DNA of 54,322 nucleotides from an uncultured Chlamydiae bacterium. Its GTDB lineage: Bacteria; Chlamydiota; Chlamydiia; Chlamydiales; Parachlamydiaceae. Shown here piece after piece: positions 21,865-33,003 of this stretch (position 1 is the stretch's first letter; every line of letters begins with the position of its first letter). Both the position numbers and the translations under genes were made by a program. Location: assembly GCA_963830365.1 (NCBI GenBank), contig CAWHMU010000003.1:1-54322 (forward strand). The letters run 5' to 3'. The notes beneath the pieces were generated by a model. The model did no database searches and was not told where the DNA came from. It saw only the letters and a list, made by a program, of their open reading frames with translations.

Positions 21865-22148
21865 ATTATTTAAGCAGTAATTTTTGTAGATAAGCGTATT
21901 ATACAAAAAAGGGAATTAAGGACACTGATCTATAAGGGTATCTCGTTGATTTTCTTCATTCTGTCTACAAAATTTTAGATTCTCCGCCGCGGCCGCAATC
22001 CTTAAGCTCGCTCATTCTTGGGGCGTTGTCACTCCAAGAATGCGTACATGCTAAAAAATAAAGTGGGGAATAAAGGCGATTTGCGTTATCGAAGAGTAAT
22101 CATGAGATTTATTCTTTATTTTAAAACGGCAGATGGCGGAAGTTAAGT

Positions 22149-23393
22149 ATGCTTACAAAGGCGCGTTGGCTATGGAGAATTTTAGGTCCTGGGCTGGTGA
22201 CGGGTGCAAGCGATGACGATCCTTCGGGCATTGCCACCTATTCACAGGCTGGGGCGCGCTTCGGCTTGCAGACGCTGTGGAGTGCATGGCTAACGCTGCC
22301 GCTGATGATTGCCGTGCTGGAGATGTTTTCGCGGCTGAGTCTGACTACCGGACGCGGCCTCGGCGAAAATCTGCGTCTTTATTATCCAAAAAGTTTTCTT
22401 TATGTCGTCATTGCCATTACCTTGCCGGCCATTATCTTCAATATTGGGGCGGACATTTTGGGGATGGGGGCTGTCGCTCATCTTCTCTTTCCGGATATTC
22501 CGAGAAATGTTTTCGCCTGCGCCTTCACCTTGATGCTGATCGTGGGCATCGTATTTTTCTCTTATGAATGGATTGCCGCCATCTTGAAGTGGTTATGTCT
22601 GGTATTGGCGGTCTATTTCTTGGTGCCGTTTATGGTTAAACAAGATTGGCAGGCGGTGGCATTTGCAACCTTGGTGCCGCAGATCGAATGGAGTTATGAC
22701 TTTTTCTATATTTTGGTAGCTATTTTAGGCACCACGATTTCGCCCTATCTCTTTTTTTGGCAGAGTGCCATGTCCCTGGAGCATAAGAATCACCGCACCA
22801 TCATGCCGCATATCGATATCGAAATGCATGAGATGAAAGTTGATATCAATATCGGCATGCTTATTTCCAATCTGGTGATGTTTTTTATCATCCTAACGGC
22901 AGGCTCGGTGCTCTATCCGAACGGCATCACGCACATCGATACCGTCGAGCAGGCCGCCGAGGCGCTAAGGCCGCTGGCGGGGGAATGGGCCGGGCTCTTG
23001 TTTGCACTTGGGGTCATCGGCACAGGTTTTTTGGCTATCCCGGTATTGGCGGGTTCTGTCAGTTATCTGATGAGCGAGGCCTTTGGCTGGGATGGCAGCA
23101 TCGGCAGGAATTGGCATGAGGCCAAGCGCTTTTACGCCGTCATGGTCGGCGCCATCTGCCTTGGCTTGGGGCTGTGCTTTTTCGATATCAAGCCCATGCA
23201 GTCTTTGATCTATACGGCTGTGGCCTATGGTTTGATTTGTCCCTTCATGATTGCCATCGTGCTGCACCTATGCAACAAACAGGATGTTATGGGGGACCAG
23301 GTCAATGGCAGGCTGGCCAATGTCTTTGGGGGCCTTGCCCTGCTGCTGACGGCCGCGGCGGCCATCGGCCTGCTCGTGCTGATGGTTGTCTAG
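22149..23393 (+). CDS. NRAMP-family divalent metal transporter
   Basis: LGPGLVTGASDDDPSGIATYSQAGA and ILGTTISPYLFFWQ motifs; about 11 TM segments. Confidence 0.92.
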   Translation: MLTKARWLWRILGPGLVTGASDDDPSGIATYSQAGARFGLQTLWSAWLTLPLMIAVLEMFSRLSLTTGRGLGENLRLYYPKSFLYVVIAITLPAIIFNIGADILGMGAVAHLLFPDIPRNVFACAFTLMLIVGIVFFSYEWIAAILKWLCLVLAVYFLVPFMVKQDWQAVAFATLVPQIEWSYDFFYILVAILGTTISPYLFFWQSAMSLEHKNHRTIMPHIDIEMHEMKVDINIGMLISNLVMFFIILTAGSVLYPNGITHIDTVEQAAEALRPLAGEWAGLLFALGVIGTGFLAIPVLAGSVSYLMSEAFGWDGSIGRNWHEAKRFYAVMVGAICLGLGLCFFDIKPMQSLIYTAVAYGLICPFMIAIVLHLCNKQDVMGDQVNGRLANVFGGLALLLTAAAAIGLLVLMVV

Positions 23394-23988
23394 CCTGTGG
23401 TCTTTAGCTCAAGGGGCTATTTATGGTTCATCGCACAATCGCGTACCTCCCCATATGTAAACTAATGGAGGATGTTAAATAAATCATACATATACCATGA
23501 TCTAGTGAGAATTTGAGTTGGCATTGCCATACAAGAGATAGGGCACAAGCCATGAGAACATTTTTACAGCCCGATAGAGGCTATGGTATAAATGACAATA
23601 AATTTGTTTATATTATAAATTTATTGCCTTTTCCCTAAAAAACACGGATTTTTGGGAAAGGTTCAAAAGCAGGTAATACTCAAAAAATACTAAGATGTTT
23701 CCTGGCCATTCTACAATCTTGTTTTTCGTTAGTGTAACCGACATTTCTCTTTTTTAAGGCTCATCACACAAATGAGTGGTTGACTTAGGGTTCATCCAGT
23801 TATGCAGGACAAAGATGCATAGCATGACATAGGCGAAGCCCATCTCTTTGTAGCCCGTCAGCTAAGGCTTGCGAGCGCAGCGAATGCAGCCGCAGCTACG
23901 GGACAGCAAGAAAAGTGCTCTACCCCGTAGGGGTTCTTCTCTTTATAATCTATTAAGGTGGAAGTATCTAAAGAGAAGAACCCCTACC

Positions 23989-24579
23989 GAGACAATTGCA
24001 TAAGTGACAATAAAATTTTATAACATAAATTTATTACCTTTTCCCTAAAAAAACACGGATTTTTGAGAAAGGTTCAAAAGTAGGTAATACTCAAAAAATA
24101 CTAAGATGATGGCAGGATGCCAGGAAACATCTTTTTTGCCCTTTTTCTCTCATTTTGTAGCCCACACCAAGGCGGAGGAACGGAGCCGCAGGTGTGGGAA
24201 AAAATTGTAAGTGATTAACCAGGGACTGGTTCTTCTTTTTATTTTTGGTCGAGGTTAAACTTAAAGCCTTTTGAATCAAGGGTTAAAAAATGAAGAACCA
24301 GTCCCTGGTTAGTTTGTAATTCTCATTATACCCACACCTGCGGCTTCGTTCCTCCGCCTTGGTGTGGGCTACAAAATGAGAGAAAAAGGGCAAAAAAGAT
24401 GTTTCCTGGCCATTCTACAATCTTGTTTGTTCGTTAGTGTAACCGACATTTCTCTTTTTTTAAACCATGCCGATTTTTGAGTATTTTGAGCGTTCTAGGA
24501 TAGATTCTTTTCGATCCCGGATATGATTGGCTTCCAAAGAATCGCTGTATAACACGCAAAACACTTCTGCAATTGGCTC
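23989..24579. mobile_element. GAG-type MITE (~590 bp), copy 1, carrying a REP-B doublet
   Basis: TIRs GAGACAATTGCATAAGTG / CACTTCTGCAATTGGCTC; near-identical to 37630-38221; internal IR ~24118-24411. Confidence 0.85.
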
Positions 24580-24596
24580 GATAGAAGCAGATGCGT

Positions 24597-24788
24597 GTAG
24601 CCACAGGTGTCAACCTGTGGAATAAAATGTAGCATAAAGAGAGCCGTGAAGACGGCGGCAGCAATGACTAAAGGATAGTATATACTATAATAATTGCATC
24701 TAATTCAGCCTCCATCGAAATTGCTGTCGCCGTATTCACGGCTCTCTTTATACTATATTTTATTCCATAGGTTGACATCTATGGCTAC
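24597..24788. repeat. GTAG-type REPIN (inverted REP-A doublet)
   Basis: GTAG-CCACAGG-TGTCAA-CCTGTGG at 24597; inverted copy ending ...ATGGCTAC at 24788; arms extend ~70 bp inward. Confidence 0.9.
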
Positions 24789-24982
24789 ATGCTTCCACCT
24801 CTATCGAGGCTAACTAGACCTGCTGTGCTAGAATGCCGATTTGTTTCAAAGAGAACATTACAAATAGATCATTATTTCTCATATTTCAACCATCAATTAC
24901 TAAGGGTTTTTGACGAATCATCATAGTATAGACTTTCTATTTCCCATTTCAGGATGTTATGAAATCCGGCAGTTCTGTCTCA

Positions 24983-26683
24983 TTAGAGCTTATCGAGCCA
25001 TTGATCGAATTCCGACTTTGTGGTTGGTGATGTCGTTGGCTTGGCTGCTTTTTGTGCCTCTGCATTTTGTTTTGCCTGTGCAGTTTTTTTTGCTTCAGCT
25101 TCTTCCGCGGCCTCAGCTTTCACCCTTCTTGCCGCCATGGCTGCTTCCATGGCTGCTTTGTGGTCAACGGCAGGGGATATAGATGCACCTTTGCTTTCTT
25201 GTGCTCCCTGTTTTGCCTTAAAAGGTATGGGTTCATACTTCATGTCTTCACCAAGCTTGAGGCGGCCCGTCAATATTTTTGTGATATCGGGAATGCATTT
25301 GTCTTGGGCCAACAACTTGAGCCATTCATGCTGGTTGGCATGGTAGGGTGTTATAAGCTCTTGTTTCAGCCCGGCTACTATTGTTTTGGCCTCATCCAAG
25401 ATTTTAGTGCGAGTTGCCGGATCGGCATATGTGTGTTTATAAGCGGCTTTTAGATCGGTTAGCATCTGTTTGACATCTTCCAGCGGTGTGGCAAGAAATT
25501 TCGTAAAGACATCCGCCTCCTTTGTAGTTTTCAATGTCTTAGGAGCTTCTGAGACGGCCGTTTTGGCGGTTTGTTTAAAATGCGCATCCACAGCTTTATC
25601 GAAGTTTGCGGGACTAATGCTTGCTTTAGCAACGTCGAAATCAGAGATGACTTTTTTTATGACGTCACTGAAAAGACCTCTTTGAATATTTAGATGGGCC
25701 TGACCATCCGGCATATTATTTAGATTTCTTCTTAGCGCGATACCGAGATCGAGGGGTTTAGTTTCAGCAAAAGCTTTTGTTTGTAAGCCTGCGACAGCGG
25801 TGTCGAATTGACCCCTGTCTTGCATGACTTCGACCGCCCCTTGAGCTGATTTAGTCGTCGGATTCATCGTCGCGTGAAGGTTAAGTAAGATAAAAAGTTC
25901 ATCGTTGGTATGTTTTTTCAACTCTTCGATGATGCCTTGTTGGTCTTTATACTTCACGTTACCTTGAGCGGCTGTTTTTAGAAGATCTGTAGCCCCCGTG
26001 ATATTTCCAGCCTCTATAAGTTTTTGAGCGTCCAATAATATCTTTGTGTCTACTTTGAGAGGGGGCTGCTGGATGGTGAAACGGTCAGGATTTGCGCGCT
26101 CTAGCCGGTTTTTCTCCAGTTCTTCAGCTTGTTTCAGATCATGGCGCTGTGCTGGGGTAAGGGGGGCGCTGGCTTGTTTGATTTCAGCAGAAGCGTCTCC
26201 AAAAAGGTCGTCTAAATCGGGTGCCGGTGGTAGATCAAAGTCGGGTGCCGGTGGTATATCACTAGGACCCTCGGCTTGATCTGAAGCGGCGGGAGAGGCA
26301 GAGCGGGTGGATGGTGGCGTGGGTGATGGGGACGTCGACAGTTCAAAAGGACCCTCCGTGTCAATTGAGCCGGATGATACGGAACGCGTCTTTTCAGTCG
26401 TTGCATCGGTTGGGTTTTGGGTGACAGTCTGAGTAAGTTTTTCATCAGATCCGCGGTAATCATCCTCACCATAGGTTTCACTTAAAATTGCTTTTGATAG
26501 CGTGTCAACATCGCCAAGATCAAGGCCATCTTGTTGAGGGGCGTCTTTTGGCTTATTGCTCCAGCAACTGCTGATCCACGTGACGGCCCGGCGTAAGAAG
26601 CTGGCTTGTGCTGGTTGTTTTGGTGGTTGGAGCGGGTGTCCTGGTTGAACTGGACCTGATGAGGGTGGCGGAATGAATGACAT
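24983..26683 (-). CDS. Hypothetical Pro/Ser-rich, helical protein, effector-like
   Basis: 566-aa ORF; low-complexity N-terminus; repeated D(I/L)PPAPD(F/L)D; RBS GAGGTT. Confidence 0.8.
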   Translation of the reverse strand: MSFIPPPSSGPVQPGHPLQPPKQPAQASFLRRAVTWISSCWSNKPKDAPQQDGLDLGDVDTLSKAILSETYGEDDYRGSDEKLTQTVTQNPTDATTEKTRSVSSGSIDTEGPFELSTSPSPTPPSTRSASPAASDQAEGPSDIPPAPDFDLPPAPDLDDLFGDASAEIKQASAPLTPAQRHDLKQAEELEKNRLERANPDRFTIQQPPLKVDTKILLDAQKLIEAGNITGATDLLKTAAQGNVKYKDQQGIIEELKKHTNDELFILLNLHATMNPTTKSAQGAVEVMQDRGQFDTAVAGLQTKAFAETKPLDLGIALRRNLNNMPDGQAHLNIQRGLFSDVIKKVISDFDVAKASISPANFDKAVDAHFKQTAKTAVSEAPKTLKTTKEADVFTKFLATPLEDVKQMLTDLKAAYKHTYADPATRTKILDEAKTIVAGLKQELITPYHANQHEWLKLLAQDKCIPDITKILTGRLKLGEDMKYEPIPFKAKQGAQESKGASISPAVDHKAAMEAAMAARRVKAEAAEEAEAKKTAQAKQNAEAQKAAKPTTSPTTKSEFDQWLDKL

Positions 26684-26763
26684 AATAACCTCACTATCGT
26701 TAACGCAACTATAATTCTGTTTTTATGCATGTCTTTGTTTGTTACGGCTGGCGTCTAGTCATG

Positions 26764-27216
26764 CTAATCAAAGGGGGATTCCCTATGGCTATCGTATTCA
26801 GGATCAAAGGGATTTATGTGTCGGGGCCTGCCAAAATTGGAATCAAACGGGTCATCATTGATGTCATCATCAGGAATATCACCATCGATGGGCGAGGTGG
26901 GTGCGGAGTTTGTCTCAGCAGAAGAGATTTTGGCAGCATGTGTCTTTTCAATCGCATCATCCGATGGGTTGGGTGTCACTGACCTGGAAATATCGGTGGG
27001 CGCTGGGGTTTTGTTCGCAAATTGATCTCTTGAAATTTCGGAAAAGATTTTGTCTGTGTGTGTGATGGTGGCATTCATTGGCTTGTCGCCGCACCAACTT
27101 TTAATCCACGAGACAAAATGATTTAATAGATGGGGTTTTGGTGGTTTTGGGGCCGTGTCATTTTGGTGGTGTGGTAGGGGACTGGATGATGATGGTGGCA
27201 GAGGAGTTAATGACAT
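26764..27216 (-). CDS. Hypothetical protein sharing its N-terminus with 24983-26683
   Basis: 150-aa ORF; RBS GAGGTT; MSLTPLPP...FVSWIKSWCGDKP. Confidence 0.65.
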   Translation of the reverse strand: MSLTPLPPSSSSPLPHHQNDTAPKPPKPHLLNHFVSWIKSWCGDKPMNATITHTDKIFSEISRDQFANKTPAPTDISRSVTPNPSDDAIEKTHAAKISSAETNSAPTSPIDGDIPDDDINDDPFDSNFGRPRHINPFDPEYDSHRESPFD

Positions 27217-27319
27217 ATCAACCTCTATTGTTTAATTAATTGTTGTTTATGGTTATGTCAATAATTATATATCTAATTGCATTGTATTGTATAGCTTTTT
27301 AATTGTTGTTGCCGTTTAT

Positions 27320-27570
27320 GTTTCATCCGGTTTTATAGGACCCGCCTAGAAAAGGATGCGTAGAAATGGGGAAATGTAGGTAACACATCGGAGCAGAAAT
27401 AACAGGATATTAGGATGGACAGGATGAAAGATTTAAACTTTAGTTTGACAACTTTGCGATTTACATAAGTCTTGGGCGATCATCCTATTTTTCATATCCT
27501 GATCATCGTAATATCCTGTTATTTTTGCTTGCCCTTTTCTCTTTACAAGTCCTACAAAACCGGATGAACC
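27320..27570. mobile_element. ISL3-type MITE, family b, 251 bp, 8-bp TSD CCGTTTAT
   Basis: TIRs GTTTCATCCGGTTTTATAGGAC / GTCCTACAAAACCGGATGAACC; CCGTTTAT at 27312-27319 and 27571-27578. Confidence 0.9.
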
Positions 27571-27604
27571 CCGTTTATGTGTGCTTATTATGTTATATAA
27601 AAAT

Positions 27605-28148
27605 GGTTCATCGCACAATCGCGTACCTGTCTGAGAGGATTCGTTAAAAAGACTTAATAATGGCTGGTTGGAAAACGAGAATTAACAATATATTTGTGGG
27701 GTTCTCTTTGAAACAAATCGACATTCTAGCACAGAAGATCTAGTTAGCCTCGATAGAGGCGGAAGCATGTAGCCATAGGTGTCAACCTATGGAATGAAAT
27801 GTAGCAAAAAGTGAGCTGTGAATACGGCGACAGCAACTTCGAGGGAGGTTGAATTAAATGCGATTATTACACCATATAATATCCTTTAGTCATTGCTGTC
27901 GCCGTATTCACGGCTTTGTTTCTAAACATGTGATGACCACACGCTGACGCATGTGGCTACATGCTTCCGCCTCTATCGAGGCTTTAAAAATGTTCTCATG
28001 GCTTGCGCCCTGTCGCTTATATGGCAGTACTGGCTCAACTCCTACCTTCACAGGAGCGAACATGCAATTTGTGGATTTTTATGATGCATTATTTGCAACG
28101 ACCTCGATTAATTTACATAAGGCGAGGTACGCGATTGTGCGATGAACC
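27605..28148. mobile_element. ISL3-type MITE, family a, 544 bp, 8-bp TSD ATAAAAAT, carrying a REP-A REPIN
   Basis: Perfect 24-bp TIR GGTTCATCGCACAATCGCGTACCT; ATAAAAAT at 27597-27604 and 28149-28156; GTAG REPs at 27769-27792 (+) and 27937-27960 (-). Confidence 0.93.
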
Positions 28149-28279
28149 ATAAAAATGCTTGTATATTCAACTTGCTCCTTCACATCTAGCAGCTCCCTTG
28201 CGCCTTCGCATTTCCTCCGCGTCTCTGCGTTAAATTTTTTAGAAGGTAGCCATGGTACGAAAACTTGCATCATTGTATC

Positions 28280-28507
28280 TATACCGAACGTAATTCAAAA
28301 TTTGGTATTTCCAGCTGCGCGAAAATCTCCGCGGATCAAAGAGCATAAGCGACCCAACATTAAGTCAATATGGGGTCGCTTATGCTCTTTGATCCCCGGA
28401 GTTTTGGCGCGCTCGAAATGCCAACTTTTTGAATCACGTTCGGTATATACCACACGCGGCTAGGTTTGGCGATTTTCGGCAACGCCAACCTAGCCGCGTG
28501 TGGTATA
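28280..28507. repeat. Two abutting TATACC...GGTATA palindromic elements (ERIC-like)
   Basis: 168-bp imperfect hairpin 28280-28447 and 62-bp hairpin 28446-28507 share one TA; both lie inside an ACGCAGAG-type IR pair (~28198-28231 / ~28533-28566). Confidence 0.85.
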
Positions 28508-28729
28508 ATTAACGGTCTGTGAATCCGATTCCTACGCAGAGACGCAGAGGAAACGCGACGACGCAAGCAGCTACCATGGTTCACTTCAAGAGCGCGTCCA
28601 TTTGGGCATATGCCGATTACCAAAAATAGATTGATTTTTTAGTACGTACAGCATAAGACAGGCTCTTGTATTATATAGAATTTTGTTTGGGCGCCGGCTA
28701 TTCATCGGCAAGTGGGGAGTCGTTAGACG

Positions 28730-29875
28730 TTGAACATCATTTTCTTACGTATTTTGTTAGGCTGTGCGGCTATATTTGGCGGGCTTTGTGGCTGCCAAAA
28801 GGAGGCTGCGCCTGCCAAAGGCCATACGGCGGTGACGGTCATGACCGTCGAGCGGCAGACCGTGCCGGCGGTTTTTGAATATGTGGCCGTGGCGCAAAGC
28901 TCGCACCTGGTGGAAATCAGGGCCCGGGTGGAGGGGTATCTGGATAAGATCGCCTACCGCGAAGGGGAGCTGGTAAAAGCCGACGAACTGCTGTTCCAAA
29001 TCGATCCTAGGCCCTTCGAGGCGCAGCTGGCCCAAGCCAAAGCTGTCGAAGACCACCAGAAGGCCGCCCTTTGGGAAGCTACGCGCGCTGTCGAACGTTT
29101 TACGCCGCTTTATGCCCAGAAGGCTGCCAGCCTGCGCGATTTGGACAACGCCACGGCCCAAGAACTAGAGGGGAAGGCGGCTGTCGAGGCCGCCAAGGCC
29201 CAGGTAATCACGGCGCAACTTAATTTAAGCTATACCACCATCCGTACGCCGATCACGGGGATGAGCAACCAGGCCAAATTCAGGGAAGGCTCCCTGGTGG
29301 GGCCGGGTTCAGAGCAAAGCTTGCTCACGACCATCTATGTGCTCGATCCGATCTGGGTGAATTTCAATGTCTCTGAAGGGGACCTGTTGAATTATCGTAA
29401 AGAAGTGGCCGCGGGGCGGCTGAAGTTTCCCAAGGACGACGACTTCGATATTGAAGTCGTGCTATCGGATGGATCGATTGTTCCCGGCAAGGGAAAAGTC
29501 AATTTTACTGATCCGGCACTGCAGCAAAGTACCGGCTCAATGACCGTGCGGTCGATCCTGGCCAATCCGGATGCCGCGCTGCGTCCGGGGCAATTCGTGC
29601 GCGCCCGCGTGAAGGGTGCCATCTATCCCGAAGCCATCGTGGTGCCGCAGCGCGCCGTTCTGCAGGGCAAAAGCGGCCTGTTCGTCTATGTCGTCGATAA
29701 AGATAGCAAAGCCACCATGCAGCCGGTTGAGCCGGGCGATTGGGTGGGGGATAATTGGATCATCAAATCGGGCCTTTTGCCGGGAGACCGCGTGGTCGTC
29801 GACGGGGTGAATAAGATCATGCCGGGCATGACCGTCGATATCACCTCAGCTGCTAGGGACGGTAAGGACGCATGA
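28730..29875 (+). CDS. RND efflux membrane fusion protein (AcrA/MexA-like lipoprotein)
   Basis: Lipobox-like [49 protein letters not shown] start. Confidence 0.95.
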   Translation: MNIIFLRILLGCAAIFGGLCGCQKEAAPAKGHTAVTVMTVERQTVPAVFEYVAVAQSSHLVEIRARVEGYLDKIAYREGELVKADELLFQIDPRPFEAQLAQAKAVEDHQKAALWEATRAVERFTPLYAQKAASLRDLDNATAQELEGKAAVEAAKAQVITAQLNLSYTTIRTPITGMSNQAKFREGSLVGPGSEQSLLTTIYVLDPIWVNFNVSEGDLLNYRKEVAAGRLKFPKDDDFDIEVVLSDGSIVPGKGKVNFTDPALQQSTGSMTVRSILANPDAALRPGQFVRARVKGAIYPEAIVVPQRAVLQGKSGLFVYVVDKDSKATMQPVEPGDWVGDNWIIKSGLLPGDRVVVDGVNKIMPGMTVDITSAARDGKDA

Positions 29876-32800
29876 TTTCGCGCTTCTTCATCGACCGACC
29901 GATCTTTGCCAGTGTGATTTCGATTATCATCACCTTGGCGGGTTTGGCGGCTTTAAAAGTGTTGCCTATCGAGCAGTATCCCAATATCACGCCGCCGCAG
30001 ATCCAGGTGTCTGCCACTTATACCGGCGCAAGCGCCCAGGCAGTGTCGGACAACGTGGCAGCGCCCATTGAGCAGCAGGTTAATGGCGTTGAGGATATGA
30101 TCTACATGTATTCGCAGAATTCATCGACGGGCAGCATGTCGTTGAATGTCTTTTTCGAGATCGGCAGCGATGCCGACAAGGCCCAGATCAATGTGCAAAA
30201 CCGTGTCAACCAGGCCCTGCCGCAGCTGCCGGAAGAAGTGCAACGCACCGGCGTCACCATCCAGAAGCAGACGCCCACGATCCTATTGATCGTGGCTATC
30301 GAATCATTGGAAGGACGCTACGATAAGATTTTCACCAGCAATTATGCTTCCATTAACGTGATGACCGAGCTTGAACGCCTGCCGGGCGTCAGCAGCGCCT
30401 CCATCATCGGCGTGCGCGACTATTCCATGCGCCTATGGCTGCGTCCGGATAAAATGGCGCAACTCGGTTTGACCACTGCAGATGTCGTCGCCTCGGTGAG
30501 GGAGCAAAATTCCCAGTTCCCCATCGGCCGCATCGGACAGGCCCCAAATCCGGTGCCGATGCAGCTGACGCTGCCCGTCACGGCCAAGGGACAGCTGCAG
30601 ACGCCTGCTGAATTCGACGACATCATCCTCAGGGCCGAGCCCGACGGTTCGATGGTGCTGATCAAGGATATCGGACATTCCGAACTCGGGGCGCAGAATT
30701 ATGATGTCAATGGCCAGCTGGACGGCAAGGACACCACTTTGATCTGCATCTACCAGCAGTTTGGAGCCAACGCCTTGGATGTGGCCGAGCAGGTCAAAAA
30801 GACCATGAAACAGCTTGAGAAAAACTTCCCCGCCGGCATCACCTGGTCGGTGCCCTACGACACCACCAGATTCATCAACGCCTCGATTACAGAAGTGGCG
30901 CATACCATTTTTGAAGCCGCGGCGCTGGTGGTGCTGGTGGTGCTGATCTTCCTGCAGAACTGGCGGGCGACATTGGTGCCGGTCGTGGCCATGCTGGTGT
31001 CTATTGTAGGCACCTTTGCCGGCATGTATGTGCTGGGATTTTCCCTAAATACGCTGACCCTTTTCGGCCTGGTGCTGGCCATCGGCATCGTCGTCGACGA
31101 CGCCATCGTGGTGATCGAAAACGTCGAGCGCAATATGCGCCAGTTCGGCCTTTCGGCCAAAGAGGCCGCGCAGCGCGCCATGGATGAGGTGACAGGGCCT
31201 GTCGTGGCCATCATGTTTGTGCTGTGCGCCGTCTTCATCCCTGTGGCTTTTCTGGGCGGCATCGCCGGCCAGCTGTACAAGCAGTTTGCCATCACCATCT
31301 CTGTGTCGGTGGTCTTTTCCGGCATTGTGGCTTTGACGCTAAGTCCTGCCCTGGCCGCCATCCTGCTGAAGCATGAAAACCAACCGGGCCGTTTTGCCAA
31401 CTGGTTTAACAGGAATTTCGATAGCTTCACAAATTTATATGTCATCGGCGCCACCTGGCTGATCCAGCGCAGGGCAATAGGCATGGGGCTTTTTGCCATG
31501 CTCATCGCTTTGCTGGTATATTTGTTCCAGACGGTGCCGACGAGTTTCGTGCCGGCCGAAGACCAAGGCTATCTCATGGTGATGAACGCCATGCCCGATG
31601 GGGCCAGTTTAGACCGCACACAGGCCGTGGACAACCGCATAGAGGAAATCGCCCTGAAGCATCCCGGCGTAGAGCATACCGTCGATCTGTCCGGCTACAG
31701 CCTGATGGAAAGCCTGAACCGCACCAACATGGGCGCCGTCTTCATTACACTTAAGGATTGGAGCCAGCGCAAAACCACCGAGCTGCAGGCCAGCGGCATC
31801 ATGCAGTCGCTTGCGGCACAGTACGCCCAGATCAAAGATGGTCTGGTGATGGTCTTCAACCCCCCTGCCATCCAGGGGCTGGGCACCGTGGGCGGCTTCG
31901 AATTCTGGATCCAGAATCGCGGCGGCTCGACCATGCAGGAGCTTGAAGAGATCACGGACAAGTTCATCGCTGAAGCGGCCAAATATCCGCAGTTGCATAA
32001 TTTGACATCGGCCATCCAGGCCGACACCATGCAGCTGTATGTCGATCTCGACCGCTATAAGGCACGCTCGCTTGGCGTTGGCATCGGCGAGCTTTTCCAA
32101 ACGCTGCAGGTGTTGCTGGGGTCGGTTTACATCAACAATTTCGTCAAATACGGACGCGTCTTCCAGGTCGTTGCCCAGGCCGAACCGAAATACCGCTCAA
32201 CCATCGATGATATCGGCGATGTCTATGTGCGCAACGACAAAGCCAAAATGGTGCCCCTCACATCCGTCGTCAACATCCTCTATAAACCCGGCCCCTCCTT
32301 GGTCAGCCGTTTCAACGGCTTCATTTCGTCAAAAATTGTCGGCGGCGCCGCCCCGGGATATAGCTCTGGGCAGGCCATGGATGCCATGGAAAAAATCGCC
32401 AAGGATATCCTGCCAGAGACGATGACGACCGCATGGAGCGGCGAATCGTACCAGGAGAAGACCGCCGGCGGCTCATCTCCGATGATGATGCTGGCAGGTA
32501 TGGTGATGGTATTCCTGATCCTGGCGGCCCTGTATGAAAAGTGGGCGCTGCCGCTGGCCATCATCCTGGCGGTGCCGTTCGGATTGCTAGGAGCTTTTGT
32601 GGCGGTATGGATCAGGGGGATGCCCAATGACGTCTATTTTCAGGTAGGCCTGGTGACGCTGATCGCTTTGGCGGCCAAAAACGCCATCCTGATCGTAGAG
32701 TTCGCCATCATCAAGCGAGATGAGGGAATGTCGATCATCGATGCCGCCCTATCGGCGGCGCGCCTGCGCTTCAGAGCCATCTTAATGACATCGCTGACAT

Positions 32801-32994
32801 TCATCTTCGGCGTAGTCCCACTGGTGATGAGCAGCGGCGCTGGCGCGGCCAGCCGCCATTCCGTCGGCACCGGCGTCATGGGCGGCATGATCGGCGCAAC
32901 CGTACTGGCGGTGTTTTTTGTGCCCCTCTTTTTCAATATCCTCGAACAGCTATTCGCCTCCAAGCAGGATGCGGATGATACAAAAAAACCATAG
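29872..32994 (+). CDS. RND efflux transporter, HAE1 family (AcrB/MexB-like)
   Basis: [51 protein letters not shown]; 1040 aa. Confidence 0.97.
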   Translation: MISRFFIDRPIFASVISIIITLAGLAALKVLPIEQYPNITPPQIQVSATYTGASAQAVSDNVAAPIEQQVNGVEDMIYMYSQNSSTGSMSLNVFFEIGSDADKAQINVQNRVNQALPQLPEEVQRTGVTIQKQTPTILLIVAIESLEGRYDKIFTSNYASINVMTELERLPGVSSASIIGVRDYSMRLWLRPDKMAQLGLTTADVVASVREQNSQFPIGRIGQAPNPVPMQLTLPVTAKGQLQTPAEFDDIILRAEPDGSMVLIKDIGHSELGAQNYDVNGQLDGKDTTLICIYQQFGANALDVAEQVKKTMKQLEKNFPAGITWSVPYDTTRFINASITEVAHTIFEAAALVVLVVLIFLQNWRATLVPVVAMLVSIVGTFAGMYVLGFSLNTLTLFGLVLAIGIVVDDAIVVIENVERNMRQFGLSAKEAAQRAMDEVTGPVVAIMFVLCAVFIPVAFLGGIAGQLYKQFAITISVSVVFSGIVALTLSPALAAILLKHENQPGRFANWFNRNFDSFTNLYVIGATWLIQRRAIGMGLFAMLIALLVYLFQTVPTSFVPAEDQGYLMVMNAMPDGASLDRTQAVDNRIEEIALKHPGVEHTVDLSGYSLMESLNRTNMGAVFITLKDWSQRKTTELQASGIMQSLAAQYAQIKDGLVMVFNPPAIQGLGTVGGFEFWIQNRGGSTMQELEEITDKFIAEAAKYPQLHNLTSAIQADTMQLYVDLDRYKARSLGVGIGELFQTLQVLLGSVYINNFVKYGRVFQVVAQAEPKYRSTIDDIGDVYVRNDKAKMVPLTSVVNILYKPGPSLVSRFNGFISSKIVGGAAPGYSSGQAMDAMEKIAKDILPETMTTAWSGESYQEKTAGGSSPMMMLAGMVMVFLILAALYEKWALPLAIILAVPFGLLGAFVAVWIRGMPNDVYFQVGLVTLIALAAKNAILIVEFAIIKRDEGMSIIDAALSAARLRFRAILMTSLTFIFGVVPLVMSSGAGAASRHSVGTGVMGGMIGATVLAVFFVPLFFNILEQLFASKQDADDTKKP

Positions 32995-33003
32995 GTCTCG
33001 ACA

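Larger units (their letters stand above)
23425..24922. mobile_element. Nested cluster of MITE and REP modules (ISL3-type MITE ends, GAG-MITE, REPINs)
   Basis: TIR GGTTCATCGCACAATCGCGTACC at 23425; further TIR-like ends at 23759 and 23789; GAG-MITE 23989-24579; REPIN 24597-24788; subterminal sequence shared with 27605 and 47771. Confidence 0.85.

Noticed and set aside
24091..24664. Short ORFs in the GAG-MITE (also 37688-38393) as transposase or toxin genes
   Set aside because: No DDE, HUH or toxin motif; frames and starts differ between the two copies.
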